From Lepidodermella squamata (lineage: Eukaryota > Animalia > Gastrotricha): a stretch of 64,000 bases of DNA. The stretch lies in NCBI GenBank assembly GCA_047495785.1, contig JBLDXI010000024.1, forward strand, positions 682,001-746,000. The letters are read 5' to 3'. The translations under genes and the position numbers were made by a program. The stretch's first letter is position 1. Every line of letters begins with the position of its first letter. The notes under the pieces are model-generated. The model saw only the letters and a program-made list of their open reading frames with translations. It did no database searches and was not told the DNA's origin. Positions 1 through 11,377 of the stretch are shown in pieces.

Positions 1-3000
1 CATCAATTGCCGTATCACGTATCAAGGTCGCCATTAATTATTGTAATAGACAGTTGGATCAACTTCAAAAATAGCGAATCTCGCTCGTTATTGATTTAAT
101 AATTCGTCTACAGCAATTATTTTTTATATAAATCAAGGACGGCTCTTCTTGTGTCGAAAAGTTAATCTCTATCGAATCTCTGCGCCGGACAGGATGATCG
201 ATAAGGTGTACACGAATAATTAGGGCGTGAAATTATCAACCAAATGTCAGAAACTTTTCCGATCTGCAGCTGACCAAAACTGCTAGCATCGCTCAATTTT
301 TTAAATTATAGCTTATATAGAATTTAAAATCATCGACTAGTTGCCAAATCAATACTGTAACGCATGGAAGTATCCAAAGCCAATACGGCGTTTTCCTCCC
401 TGTGTTTTTATCGTCATTTTTTGCCGTAAGTAATAATTTCAGCGCAAAGCCCCTCAATCATAATCTGGAATATTAGCGAAATTCAGGAGATTCCTATGAC
501 GTATGATAGCGGTATTTTTTGCGGCTTGAGTTTAAGACTTTATAGTAAAGAGTAGTAAATATCAATTGTAGGCGCTACTTACATCAGTGCCTTCGGCGTG
601 AAAATTCCCTGATGTGCCATGCGCGTTCTAATGTAAACAAAATAGATAGGCTAGGCACCGAATTGTTGGTTTGTTAACGTTCGAAACATAACATATGCCC
701 ACTGGTTAAAATCCACAACGCGTTTTTTTTAACGCAGTGTATTTAATATTAATGACTTCACCCTCAGCTGTGCTGGCTTCGAAAAGCCTGTCTCCCCCTC
801 GGGGAATTCACATTGCACTACATTAAACTTCGTCTAAAGCCTGTGCATTATTACCTTGAAGATATTAGGGTACATCAGGTATATTGGTGTAGCGTGGTGT
901 CATTGATTATTCTTTTTTATAATCACCCAAACGGCTTTATGAACAATATTATTTCATGACCGATTGATTATTAGTGAGGTCCTAACCCTTTATTCTGATT
1001 GTTTTTTAACGATATATGCGGCGCCCTAACTAAGGAAAACGCATGGGCTTGCAACTACCAGGTACTTTCTCGTCGGAAATGAATGCCTCTACGCAAAGGA
1101 TAGTACTCAAACTTCGTTTAAGTTCACGCAAAATTCATTGGAGACTTCCGCCGCAAAGTCCGGTTTTACCTTCTCCTACTTCTTCGCAATTTGAAAAGTA
1201 AAATTGGGCAGCAATCAGTCGAGACGACCTAATTCTTAATTTTGAATGGAAGATGTTTCCCGAGTCTTTTGGGACGTCGGAATGGAGAAAAAATAGCACG
1301 CAAGCTATACTACCAGAAACCAGAAGTTATAGGGAAATTTATTATTGTAATGCGTTCTGTGGTTTCAAATGTCTGATGTTAGCTGATTTATTCAATGATT
1401 ATAAGGCGGACTTGTGCATATTAATCTGATCTCCCTGTTTTTTATTCGCTTATATGTACATGTTCTACATATCAGCGATAGTAGATTTGCTCCTATTTCC
1501 TTGAGAATTGATCACGATGCTGCATTGTTTTCAGGCAAGCTAATAATATCTCCCCGTAATAGGGACAGGCCCTTCCTGATGTAGTACTCCTGAATGTCAC
1601 ATCCTACTCGCGTTCGCGCTGCGTTGCGAACTTCGAATTAGCCGTTGCATTCTTTAGGCAATTAAAATTAATCCACAGTCTCAAGAGCATGCATGTCTTT
1701 AGGTCAAATCAGCTGATCGACGTTTTTAATAGGTGCGCAGTTCGAAATCTCAATATAAATTGTCCTCATTTTTATTTCGTTACCGAACTTTGTCATTTTC
1801 AATTTCATCAAATCCTGACTGCATTCCGTCTTTTATGTCTTTACGATTTAAGACTTGGGACTAACAGCTATTGGTCCCAAGAAATAAGATAATTCTGCAG
1901 AGACAACGGGCTAAAACCAGTTTGCTTGATTCCTCGCTCAAATCTGCGCTGCGGTTGTATGGAAGCGTCTAACTCAACATGGCCCATTCATGCATTTCCT
2001 ATTCATAATTTATCATGCCCCGGATTTCAAAAACGGCACGCTTCATTTCAAGCAGACAAAATTATGACCGCGCTTTTAGTGATGTTTGTCCTTAAATGAC
2101 GCAGACTGCGCGTAGTTGTTCCGGAAACGACGGGTGCGCGAATCTACGCGGTTCGGTTTCGATTTGAAGAGCTCGTAGCCCGAGCTATGCATGCCTCATC
2201 TGCGTTCGTGTTGCTAGCGGTGCTGTCGTGCGCATCTACTGATTTTTTTTCAAATGAGCATTAATCAAAATGAAATTACTTCCCATATATTTTCATGCAT
2301 CAACAATACATCCACGCAATAAAGGCAATATATTGCTTCGTTTAATTTCAAAGATATCTAACAGAAAGTTAGCCGAAGAAAATTTCCTTTATCTAATCCA
2401 ATTTACTTGCTCACGCTCGCTATGTTATACTCAGTTGTTTCGTTACTGAGCTATAGTAGAAAATGTGCGTGAGCGAGTGTAAAAATTCCTATAGGAAACT
2501 TGTCCCGGGTATCATGGCGAATTGGAGCGTGAAGGATGCGCGACGCAGATATTCTCATAAGTAACCTCGATAGACGACTACTGGAATTAACTATCACGCA
2601 TTTTATAATATACTGCTACTTTCACTGTGCATAAAAAATTATTCAGTTAGGGAGACGTCAATTCTGCGTTTCTGTCATGCGTTTGGAAACAGAATTAATG
2701 GGCCGTGTCTATAGGCATTTGGAATTAAAATATTATTCAATATGAAAATTCCCGGCTGAGCCTACGCTGCATTATCATCTGCCGTGATCCTCGTGACCTC
2801 TTTCCCGGTAATCCAGTATTTTAATTTCTGACAAATTGCTTTTCCCTAATGAATATCTAAAATAGCGTTTTATATATAGCCGTAATAGGCCTCAAATCAT
2901 ATGTACCAGCAAATTTGGTTCGCATTGTTTTTTTCCTATTGTTAAATCAGCTTGCGCTTTTTTCAAGATTTTTTTCATTCAGTTATTATTGCCCTTATAT

Positions 3001-3043
3001 CGGAGTCTAATTTGCGCTGGAAGGCAACAGTGGTTCCGGTAAA

Positions 3044-5165
3044 ATGCTTATGGCCGAAGAGGTGGCCTTCGAATCGGCAGGTATCAACATCACGATGAGG
3101 CCACAGGACGACTTTCAGTGCACCGCCGAACGCCGCCCTGGCACCAGTAAGTTTCATAAATTTGACCGCATCGTTCAGACGTGCATTCGTTTATGACACT
3201 TAAGCTAATGAATTCTCAATTTTCAAAACACGAACGAGCCCTCGTCATACTTATTTGACATAATTAATGGGTCCAGTGTTGATAGCATTTTATTGAGGAT
3301 TGCTATGCGTTGAAATTCAAGATCATTTCCATTGACTTGGGATATCCGGACTTTTTTGTCGAGACGAACTTTTTCTATACAGCTATTTTTGTATTGCAGA
3401 CGTCGAACTCACCGCGTATGGAATCATCTACCCGCTGCTGACTGTTATTGTCATTTTTACTAATGTTAACGGCATCGTTGTATTAGTTCGTTTGAAAAAC
3501 TTCACGCAGACAAAGTAAGCAGAATTTTGAAATCTGAGAAATTTCATTAAAACTCCTTCCCACAGCATGTTATTGCTCAGCATATTCATCGTCGATTTGT
3601 TAACAACAGCCATCCCTTCCCCGAAATTCCTGCTTCAGTATACGCTGAATGAAAACCGGCCGCAGATAGCCTACTACCCGTGGTGTTACCTGAGCAGCCT
3701 TCTATTCCCAGTTCTGCCCATCATCACCAACAACATCAGCATTTGGTTCGTCGTGGCCCTTACGATTCAGCGGTTCACTTGCGTATGGAAACGCGCTGTT
3801 TACGACCGGGTCTTCTCGCGGCGCAACATCGTGGCAATAATTGTTGGCATCGCAATTTTTACAACCGCTTTTCATTCAGTTCTACTCATCGACAATTACC
3901 GCCGGCCGCTGACTTGCAACTCAGGGACAGGCTCGACGTACACTATTTGCAACGAGGACCCGTCTACGTTTGTAATACCCGGCGGTACCGATTTGGAGCT
4001 TTACGTTCTATCGACTTACTATTTATCGCGAATCGCCGTCTTTCATTTTATCCCAATTTTCGCTATTGCGGTGTCCAATTTGCTACTTATTCGAATTTTG
4101 AAATCAGCAGAACAGCGGCGTAGTCGTCTTTTCAGCCAGAAGACGAAAACGCAAGACAGTCTGACTCGGCTTGATGAAGACGAGCGGATAACCGTATCAT
4201 CACCAGCGAAAAGCCCACCAGTCAGTAGCCAGGCTAAGAGGAAGTCCAAGGTTTACGAGCAAAATGGCGCGCAAAGCAACGGAAATTTACCGAAAAATCG
4301 TAGTTGGTCCCAACTCGCGTTATCAGCTGTATCTAAAGGCGCTCATAGGCTATCGGTTGCAACGACATCTCAACCCCGAGGCAAGCAATCGTCGATTAGC
4401 GGTGAGACTCCTGCTAGCAAAGGCCAGCGAATGTCGAATACAACGCATATGTTGATGGTGATATCAACGATCTACTTGATTCAACACATTTGCCAGTCGA
4501 TTCTCTTCGTTTCTGGCGTTGCGATGAATGTGCTTGGGCTACCTGAGCCCGAACTGCTGATTCGAGCGATAACCGTTCAAAATCTCATATACTGGGCCGG
4601 CTTTCCAGCCAATTTCTTCCTGTGCATGCACGTCCAAGCACCGTTTCGCGACATGTTCTACTCAATGTACGCCGGGCTGTCCCAGGTTGAAGGCTACTGC
4701 AAGTTCTGCATCTCTTCCGTACCGCTTATTCGGCTTAATAAGTCTGAATCCCTCTTCGGCGACCAGCCTGTCATGAGAAGTTCGATACCTGAAGCTACGA
4801 CAATGCTCACTAATTTCCCTGAAGGTCACAGCTCGGTGCCTTCATCGCCGCCCCAAGCTGGTAACGATAAGGCTGATCAACCGATATCACCTGACCAAGG
4901 TGAATGCAGGCCCCTGTTGAGGTCATCGAGCAATAGCCATAGCCTGGGCTCAGATCTGTATGAAACGCCTGGAATGATGACACCGGAAGACATCGACGAC
5001 CAACCGGTTACGTTGCAAAACGATCACACCGATAATTTGGTTGATTTTTTCTCGAACAACGTCGACGCTGATTTTGACGAATTAACTCCTGTTGAATTGA
5101 AACACTCCAACTCGATAGTTAACCAGAACAAACACGCGACAGTCGAAGATGGGCCTGTCGAGTGA
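3044..5165 (+). CDS. Class A (rhodopsin-like) peptide GPCR, sex-peptide/FMRFamide/myosuppressin-receptor-like; 3 exons (3044-3146, 3400-3514, 3566-5165)
   Basis: Two GT-AG introns join the exons in frame to give MLMAEEVAFESAGINIT...YGIIYPLLTVIVIFTNVNGIVVL (TM1) followed by the 532-aa ORF. Seven hydrophobic segments; the DRY-equivalent is 'ALTIQRF' and TM7 reads 'FPANFFLC'; N-terminal NIT sequon; long third intracellular loop. Confidence 0.88.
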
Positions 5166-6922
5166 GCTGCGTTTGTATTTCGAAAGCCTTTTTTCGGTGT
5201 TTACTTGTCAAAACAGTCCAGCCGCTTCGGCTTTCACGTGGATCACGAAACGTTGATAATTTTTCGTACTCAACGAGAAACGTTCGCCTGCTTCCACGAA
5301 GCCGAGATGATTAAAACCCGTGATTTTTACCTGTTTTAGCCGTAGAGCAGATTTCGTTTGACGTCCTATACCTGCTGTTTACGGAATCAAACTCGATGTG
5401 TGCGTCTCTATTGATGTTATTCCAAGGCGTGGGATAGCCGTTGCCTAGTTTTATAGTTCTCGCTATAAATATTTACCTTTTCGTCTTTTATGAAAAGATG
5501 ATTCATCTTTGGTTTGATGAAAAAATTAGCAATCATCACATCGGAAACCGATAGAATGTATCTAATGAAGGCCTTAACAGAGCGATATTTCCTCAAACTT
5601 CGTCATGGTATAAATTTCTGCATTTATTTCGTTTTAAAATACTTGATAAAATTAAACCGCGGCATGGTGACACGTTCGAAGAATAAAATGTCGGTTATAC
5701 GCGGATACTGAATACACATCGATTGTTTTTATGCTAGACTAGCTCTGGACTCAATGACGGCATCAATTATCGGCGATGGTTCGAGTATCATCGAGACATA
5801 AACTGGTCACGTTTTTCGGGAAATCAGATAATGATGAAAAAATATCGAGGCCGCGAGCTGTAATGTTTTCACACTGGAAATATTTATTGCACCGTAATTA
5901 TTTGGCCTTATAACGTGTCCCGCTGAGCTGATACAACGAAATGCTGGACTTGATGTTAAAAAAATACGAATGTTTTGGATTATCCTGCCAAAATGTAAAT
6001 GAAAGAATCAGAGAATTGTGAGGCAATAGCAAAATGATAAGGCGCCGGGATCTTCTCACTCACTCGCGCTCTCGTTGCGCAAAGCGGCCGTAATAAAAAA
6101 AAAGCGCAAAGAGGCGAAAGTGCGGCTATCTCTTTGCCAATATTATTACTATTTGCAATATTGCTGCATCTCACATGGTATATCATAAACTTATCAATAT
6201 TTTCACCGCGTTCGTTTATAATAATAATCTATGATAAATGGCTGTGGCTCTGGTAATAATAATAATAAATTCTCCAAGTGGCTTTGAAGAACCATATGCT
6301 GGTTTCTCACTTCTCGCTTTTATCTATAAACACGAGGAGCCAATCTGCGCTGCTGCTTCCGAGCCTGTGTCATCCCGCCCAGTGCAGTGCTCGGCTTTTG
6401 GGATTCCAGACTACGCGCCTTGCCATAAACATGATATAATATCGCGCCACTATACTATCATTATCACCATCGTTTGCCGTCGCCTCATTACTATTATTAT
6501 ATTTTTAGCTGCAGCAACACCAATAGCATCTACTTATTCACATTGAAGTCAACTTTTTTCGACCCCCGAAACGTAACGCAATCCCCTCGCGATGCCGAGG
6601 ACGAAAACTAGAAGGCAAATTGCATTACTGTAATACTGTGGCCCGTTTAGTGAGTAGCTGGTGCATGCAATTGTAGCCCGCGGGTCATCCTGCGCTTTCG
6701 TAGAAGAACAATAATTCAGCCGCATGACAATGGCGGCAATTTATTTTCCGCATCATTATTACTTTTAACTATCAAACTATAGGAGACTATTAGCATAAAA
6801 TCTATCGCGTCTCAATTTCCACCATGTACAAGCAGCTCGGTGTCAATTGATGTCGCGTTTACCACCAGCAGCATTATGATTTTTCGTTATTTACGTGTTT
6901 CGCGATAAAAATACATCGGAAA

Positions 6923-7810
6923 ATGTTCTGTAAAAGTTCCAAGGCTAACAACAGCCAGCAGCAACTCACGTCTGTATCAATGCACGTCGGTGACGCGAAT
7001 TTACGTCGGAAATTGATGGAACTTGGGGGAGAGACTACGCTGAACTCAATCGCGGTCGGAAATACGTCGACTCAGGGCGTGTTTTCCACCGAAACTTCCA
7101 GCAGTATGTGGAGCCGTGTTATTCTGCCCCCTCTGCAGGTCGTCAATATAAACGGCCGGTGGTTCAGCCTCGACGACAATCTGCTTCTTATGTACAAAAC
7201 ACTGAAAAAGAACCGCTTGGTTACTTCTGTTCCGATCACTGTTGTTGCTATTGAAAGCGTTCCGCCCGGTATTCAGGCTATGATGGCTCAAAGAGCTGAG
7301 AACCAGCACACCTGCGTTGATAATGATCGAATTTCAAGCCGGCATCGACGAGCTGTTGATAGTGATGACGATTCAATCTCCCTTGAATCTTCGTCATCCG
7401 GCTCAAATTGCTGTAAATCAGACGGGAACGAATTCTGCTCGAGCAGTTGTCACACTTCCGATGACGAGCGGATATTTCAGAATAATCCGACCGCGTCGAC
7501 CACGCGAGCAAGTGCACCTCCCGAGCAGCGTCTTGAAAACCCAAGTAATATCGCTTGTGGTAATTCGATCACAAAGCCGAAATCGCGACCTCCTCGTCGA
7601 AATCGAGCCGAAAATCGGCATCGAAAACAGCGAAGTGCTAACAACCCCGGTTCAACTAGTCAGCAAAAAACGGCGAAGGTAAAAGGTTGCTACAACTGCA
7701 AAGCAACGTCGTCAACGGCCGTCGCTCAGGCGGATGAAACTAAGCCCACGACAGGGTCGTGCAGTTGCAACGACGATTGTGATGGCGACGTTTCAAGTAC
7801 GAATGACTGA
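6923..7810 (+). CDS. Intronless hypothetical protein (295 aa) with a possible ParB/sulfiredoxin-like globular segment and a Ser/Cys-rich disordered tail
   Basis: Long ORF preceded by AAA; AATAAA near 7833. The segment 'LPPLQVVNINGRWFSLDDNLLLMYKTL...VTSVPITVV' resembles the ParB/Srx core pattern. Confidence 0.7.
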   Translation: MFCKSSKANNSQQQLTSVSMHVGDANLRRKLMELGGETTLNSIAVGNTSTQGVFSTETSSSMWSRVILPPLQVVNINGRWFSLDDNLLLMYKTLKKNRLVTSVPITVVAIESVPPGIQAMMAQRAENQHTCVDNDRISSRHRRAVDSDDDSISLESSSSGSNCCKSDGNEFCSSSCHTSDDERIFQNNPTASTTRASAPPEQRLENPSNIACGNSITKPKSRPPRRNRAENRHRKQRSANNPGSTSQQKTAKVKGCYNCKATSSTAVAQADETKPTTGSCSCNDDCDGDVSSTND

Positions 7811-9055
7811 AGGACATTCAGGCTTCCCGAGCAATAAAACATGAATCATCATCTATTATACCACCTGCTTTAGAATCTCGGCTTCCGATTTCATCGATCA
7901 TCTTCCTTAAATTATCAAATTATTTTCATATTGATAACTTGATATTACTTGCGTTAGAACATTTCCAGTCATTTTTTAGCAATTGATGATCCGACTCAGG
8001 AACAGTAATAAAGATTGATACATTTGATGTACCCCGCTGACTTTTTTATAACTTAAGGGCGTTAGCGTAGTCTCCGAGTGGGCTAAAAATAGCTTAAAAA
8101 AGCTTCAATGAATTCAAAAAAGTAGCAAAGCTATTTATAAAAATATATTACGCCCACTTTTCAAAATAATTGTTCATATCTTTGTCCTGGAATTATTATT
8201 TTTCAAAATTTCACGTTAACGAAAACTCGGCATTCCTTGCGGCAATTGTTAAATTTGGTGCGATTTTAGAATGAGTTGGGCAGCTGATCTTCGTCTGAAA
8301 TCAATAAAAGAAAAACGCGAAAAACAAAGGTCAAAACTAATCATTTTATTATTAAATTTCTTTACCTTCGGTAAACAACAGAACCGTAGAAGATTCGATA
8401 TAGGTAATAATAATAATAGTAATAACAGTAGAAGTGAAGATTAATAGCGTAAAAACGGGTGAAGTAGAGCATGCGAAATCCGTTTTGTTATCGGAACAAC
8501 CAATATCATCTGCACCCCGCCTCTAATTTGCATGCTGCAGCAGCGCATCAGCAGTGAAAACAGCAAAGATAATAATAATAATATATCGCAGGATTAAAAC
8601 CGACTCAGCACTGGAATTATGCAAACTCTCCGCCGCGCGTTTCATTCGTAAAATGAACAACCCAAACAAGAATAATATTTGCCAATCTCGAAAAGGCTTT
8701 GCAGCTGCGAAAACCAACAACGCAAGATGAAAGCAAGCATGTAGGCCACTTTTCCCGAGCTTTACAAATTGCTTGACCAAATATAGCAGCACAACAGCGG
8801 AAGCACGAATTGTTGATATATTTACACAAGACTTTCGAAGTTTGGTGAAGAAAAAAGGTAGAAACGAGATATAATTTTTTTTGTTTAGAAAAAACAAGAA
8901 CGGCTCATGAAACAAAATAATTTCCCCGCGAGCCGAACATATCAAGCTTTGTTTATCCATGCATTTTTGATCATGCGAAAAATTGAGATTTGTAGTAATA
9001 GATACGAGACTATTAGGCCGGGACGTCATTTTTTGAGCCGAAATCGTCGCGCGAA

Positions 9056-9542
9056 TCAGCAGCGTTCATTCGGCAGGCTAAGACTGAGCGCCGACGACTG
9101 GCCCTGCAGGCGGTCGTCGTTGATAATGCCGGCCATGTCATCGTCGTCCTCCGTCCACAGGCTTGTATGGCCGTTGCGGTGCTGGATCGGACGCATCGAG
9201 GTCATGGCGTTGCTCACTCGGTGGAAAACGCGCCGGCCGACTTGACGCGTCGGTTTCGAGAAGTAACACAGCCCAAGCATGCCCATGAGGCCGATGACGG
9301 CGAAACTGGCGATTGGAATGAAGATCATAGCCATCAACTGAGTGTTCCAGTCATCGAAGTGAATCGACGGAAATTCCAACAAATTCCAATCAGCAACCCT
9401 AAAATTCAAATAATTTTAAAAACGCCCACCTTAAAATTCAGTTGAAAACATACGGAGTAGTCGTGTTTGAAATTTCATGTTGCGTCGAGGTTAAATTGAC
9501 ACTGGGTACTGTCGTGGTGGTCGAGTAGTTCGATATCGCCAT
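9056..9542 (-). CDS. Small single-pass membrane glycoprotein without a signal peptide, 2 exons
   Basis: Exon 1 (MAISNYSTTTTVPSVNLTSTQHEISNTTTP) splices through a gtatgt...ttttag intron in frame to ORF 9056..9409. Three N-glycosylation sequons, TM 'LMAMIFIPIASFAVIGLMGMLGLCYF', then a basic cytosolic segment. Confidence 0.75.
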
Positions 9543-9832
9543 CGATTCATTTTGAGATAATTGAGGCTCCAAGATCATTTTACCATTAAATGCCTAAGCA
9601 AAAGTAAAATGAGACTTCTAGTAAGAAAATTTAATTTCGAACAATGTGCTTTGAATAGACCACAAAAGTCGATTTATGACTACGTAGTTCAGTATAAAGT
9701 GACGTTTTCGATTGTAAGTGATCTGTTTGCTCATAGTAACGAAAAAAAAGAAAAACATTTGTGCGTGTTTTACTAGGAAGACATTGCTCATTGTATCACT
9801 GAAAGATCATAGAAGAATGACACCGGTTCGTT

Positions 9833-11086
9833 TCACAGAAAGAAGACCCAAAAGAGAAGGATCAGCAGCGAGAAGGTTGTACCATAAAACAGCATTTCGT
9901 TATTCAAAAAAGACTGCTGCGACGAATTAACAGCTCGAGACCGGCTGACAACCGGAACAGCCCCGCCAAACGTTTTCAGCCCGCTTAAAACTCGCGGGCT
10001 ATCATCGGAACCAATGAGAGACGAGACTTGCACGTCGTTTCCGGTCAAATAGCTGCCCTGGTCGTTTAGACCGAACCAAAACAGCAAAAAACGGTTGAGC
10101 AAAGATTCGTTTTGAGCTGGACTCGCGCCTGGTTTTGCAGCTACAGTCGACCCAGGCTGGGTCGAGACTGGTTTCGGTTGAGATTGCGTCGATGTAGCCA
10201 TCATTCCCATTTCATCCGAAACAGACAAAGCCCGCCGGAATCGCAGTTGTTTAGGCAATGTGCTGTTTCCGAAAACCGGCGAAATTCTCTTGTAATCGAA
10301 TCCACCCTCAGTTGCAAGCTGGTTCTCGATGAATTTCATATCATCCATCTGCCGGACAGTGAAAGACGAGCCGATATCTGGCGTTTTACTCGCGCCTTGT
10401 CCGAAAATGGTGGCTGCAGCTCGGGCCTGATTAGCATTAGCAAATCGAATGTAGACCCGGTTCGAGGTGAGGGAGAAATCTGTTTTAACCACATCGCCGC
10501 AGCGACGCAGGCGGTCGACAACAATCGAGCGCGCGTCGTCGCTAAAATTTTCGGCAATCACCCAGTTTTCAGCTTCAACTTTCTCAGGAGCGATGTACAA
10601 CGAAGCCGGGGTCTGCGGGCCTTCCATGCACGACATGGGCGAAGCCGCGGGCGACATCGGTCCGCCCATCATGCCAGACTGAGGTCGCCGGCAGAACAAG
10701 CTGGACAGATCAGCGGGATTGCCTGGGGTTTGCGCGGCCCCTGTGCCGGGGAAAGCCATCGAAGTCGACGGAGATCGAGCCCGGCTGCCGAAAGTCGCCG
10801 GAGACATGCCGAAACCGGCCGATGTGTTAATTCCCGGGGTTTTAGGCTGGGTAACGCTTTGACCCGCCCCGAAATACCCGGGTGACATTTGCGGCTGTGG
10901 CTGGTGAGGGGCTGAGGACATCGAAGACGATGCAGTGAGAAAATTCGGAATTTTACCAGTCCCCGAGCTAACATGGGGCGAGTTTACCGCGGCGAACCCG
11001 GAAACAGCAGGAGACGCTGGCATGAGGTTCGACATAGACCGGCGGTTGTGCGTCATTTGAACGGCTTGGTCATCAAAACGCAGCAT
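9833..11086 (-). CDS. NUP35: Nucleoporin Nup35/Nup53 (MPPN-type RRM), intronless, with a C-terminal hydrophobic extension
   Basis: SP/TP-rich N-terminus with an 'IPNFL' motif. The RRM 'WVIAENFSDDARSIVVDRLRRCGDVVKTDFSLTSNRVYIRFANANQARAA' matches the Nup35 RRM pattern. Amphipathic helix 'SLLNRFLLFWFGL'. The ORF-track start at 11203 runs through AT-rich noncoding sequence, so the ATG at 11086 is preferred. Confidence 0.8.
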   Translation of the reverse strand: MLRFDDQAVQMTHNRRSMSNLMPASPAVSGFAAVNSPHVSSGTGKIPNFLTASSSMSSAPHQPQPQMSPGYFGAGQSVTQPKTPGINTSAGFGMSPATFGSRARSPSTSMAFPGTGAAQTPGNPADLSSLFCRRPQSGMMGGPMSPAASPMSCMEGPQTPASLYIAPEKVEAENWVIAENFSDDARSIVVDRLRRCGDVVKTDFSLTSNRVYIRFANANQARAAATIFGQGASKTPDIGSSFTVRQMDDMKFIENQLATEGGFDYKRISPVFGNSTLPKQLRFRRALSVSDEMGMMATSTQSQPKPVSTQPGSTVAAKPGASPAQNESLLNRFLLFWFGLNDQGSYLTGNDVQVSSLIGSDDSPRVLSGLKTFGGAVPVVSRSRAVNSSQQSFLNNEMLFYGTTFSLLILLFWVFFL

Positions 11087-11377
11087 TTTAAATTTAAATA
11101 TTTCTATAATTACTAAATAAAATTGAAAAAAATTTAAGAATGATTTGTCACATATTATACTCTTCACAAGTGCACTTTTTATCCACAGTTTAAAATTTTT
11201 CACGCACTCAGTTCATCGGTGAAAGCTGATTTATCAAGAAGAAGACAGACTGCGTCACAACACATTTATATATAATAATTTTTATGATATAAACTAGTTG
11301 GTTCATGCCACAAATTAAGACACCAGATTTTTCTCAGACAGCCACGCTATCTCTTGTATACTGGAATATAGTTACAT

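Noticed and set aside
8523-9029. 168-aa hydrophobic minus-strand ORF
   Set aside because: It lies in the T-rich putative 3' UTR of the small membrane-protein gene, and its hydrophobicity is explained by base composition.
10112-10885. 257-aa plus-strand ORF and similar antisense ORFs over coding genes
   Set aside because: These are shadow ORFs opposite GC-rich real genes, with no recognisable motifs.
11208-11231. Similarity to bantam miRNA (GTGAAAGCTGATT 3' half)
   Set aside because: The seed is mismatched (TCAGTTC versus TGAGATC) and there is no precursor-length hairpin; probably chance.
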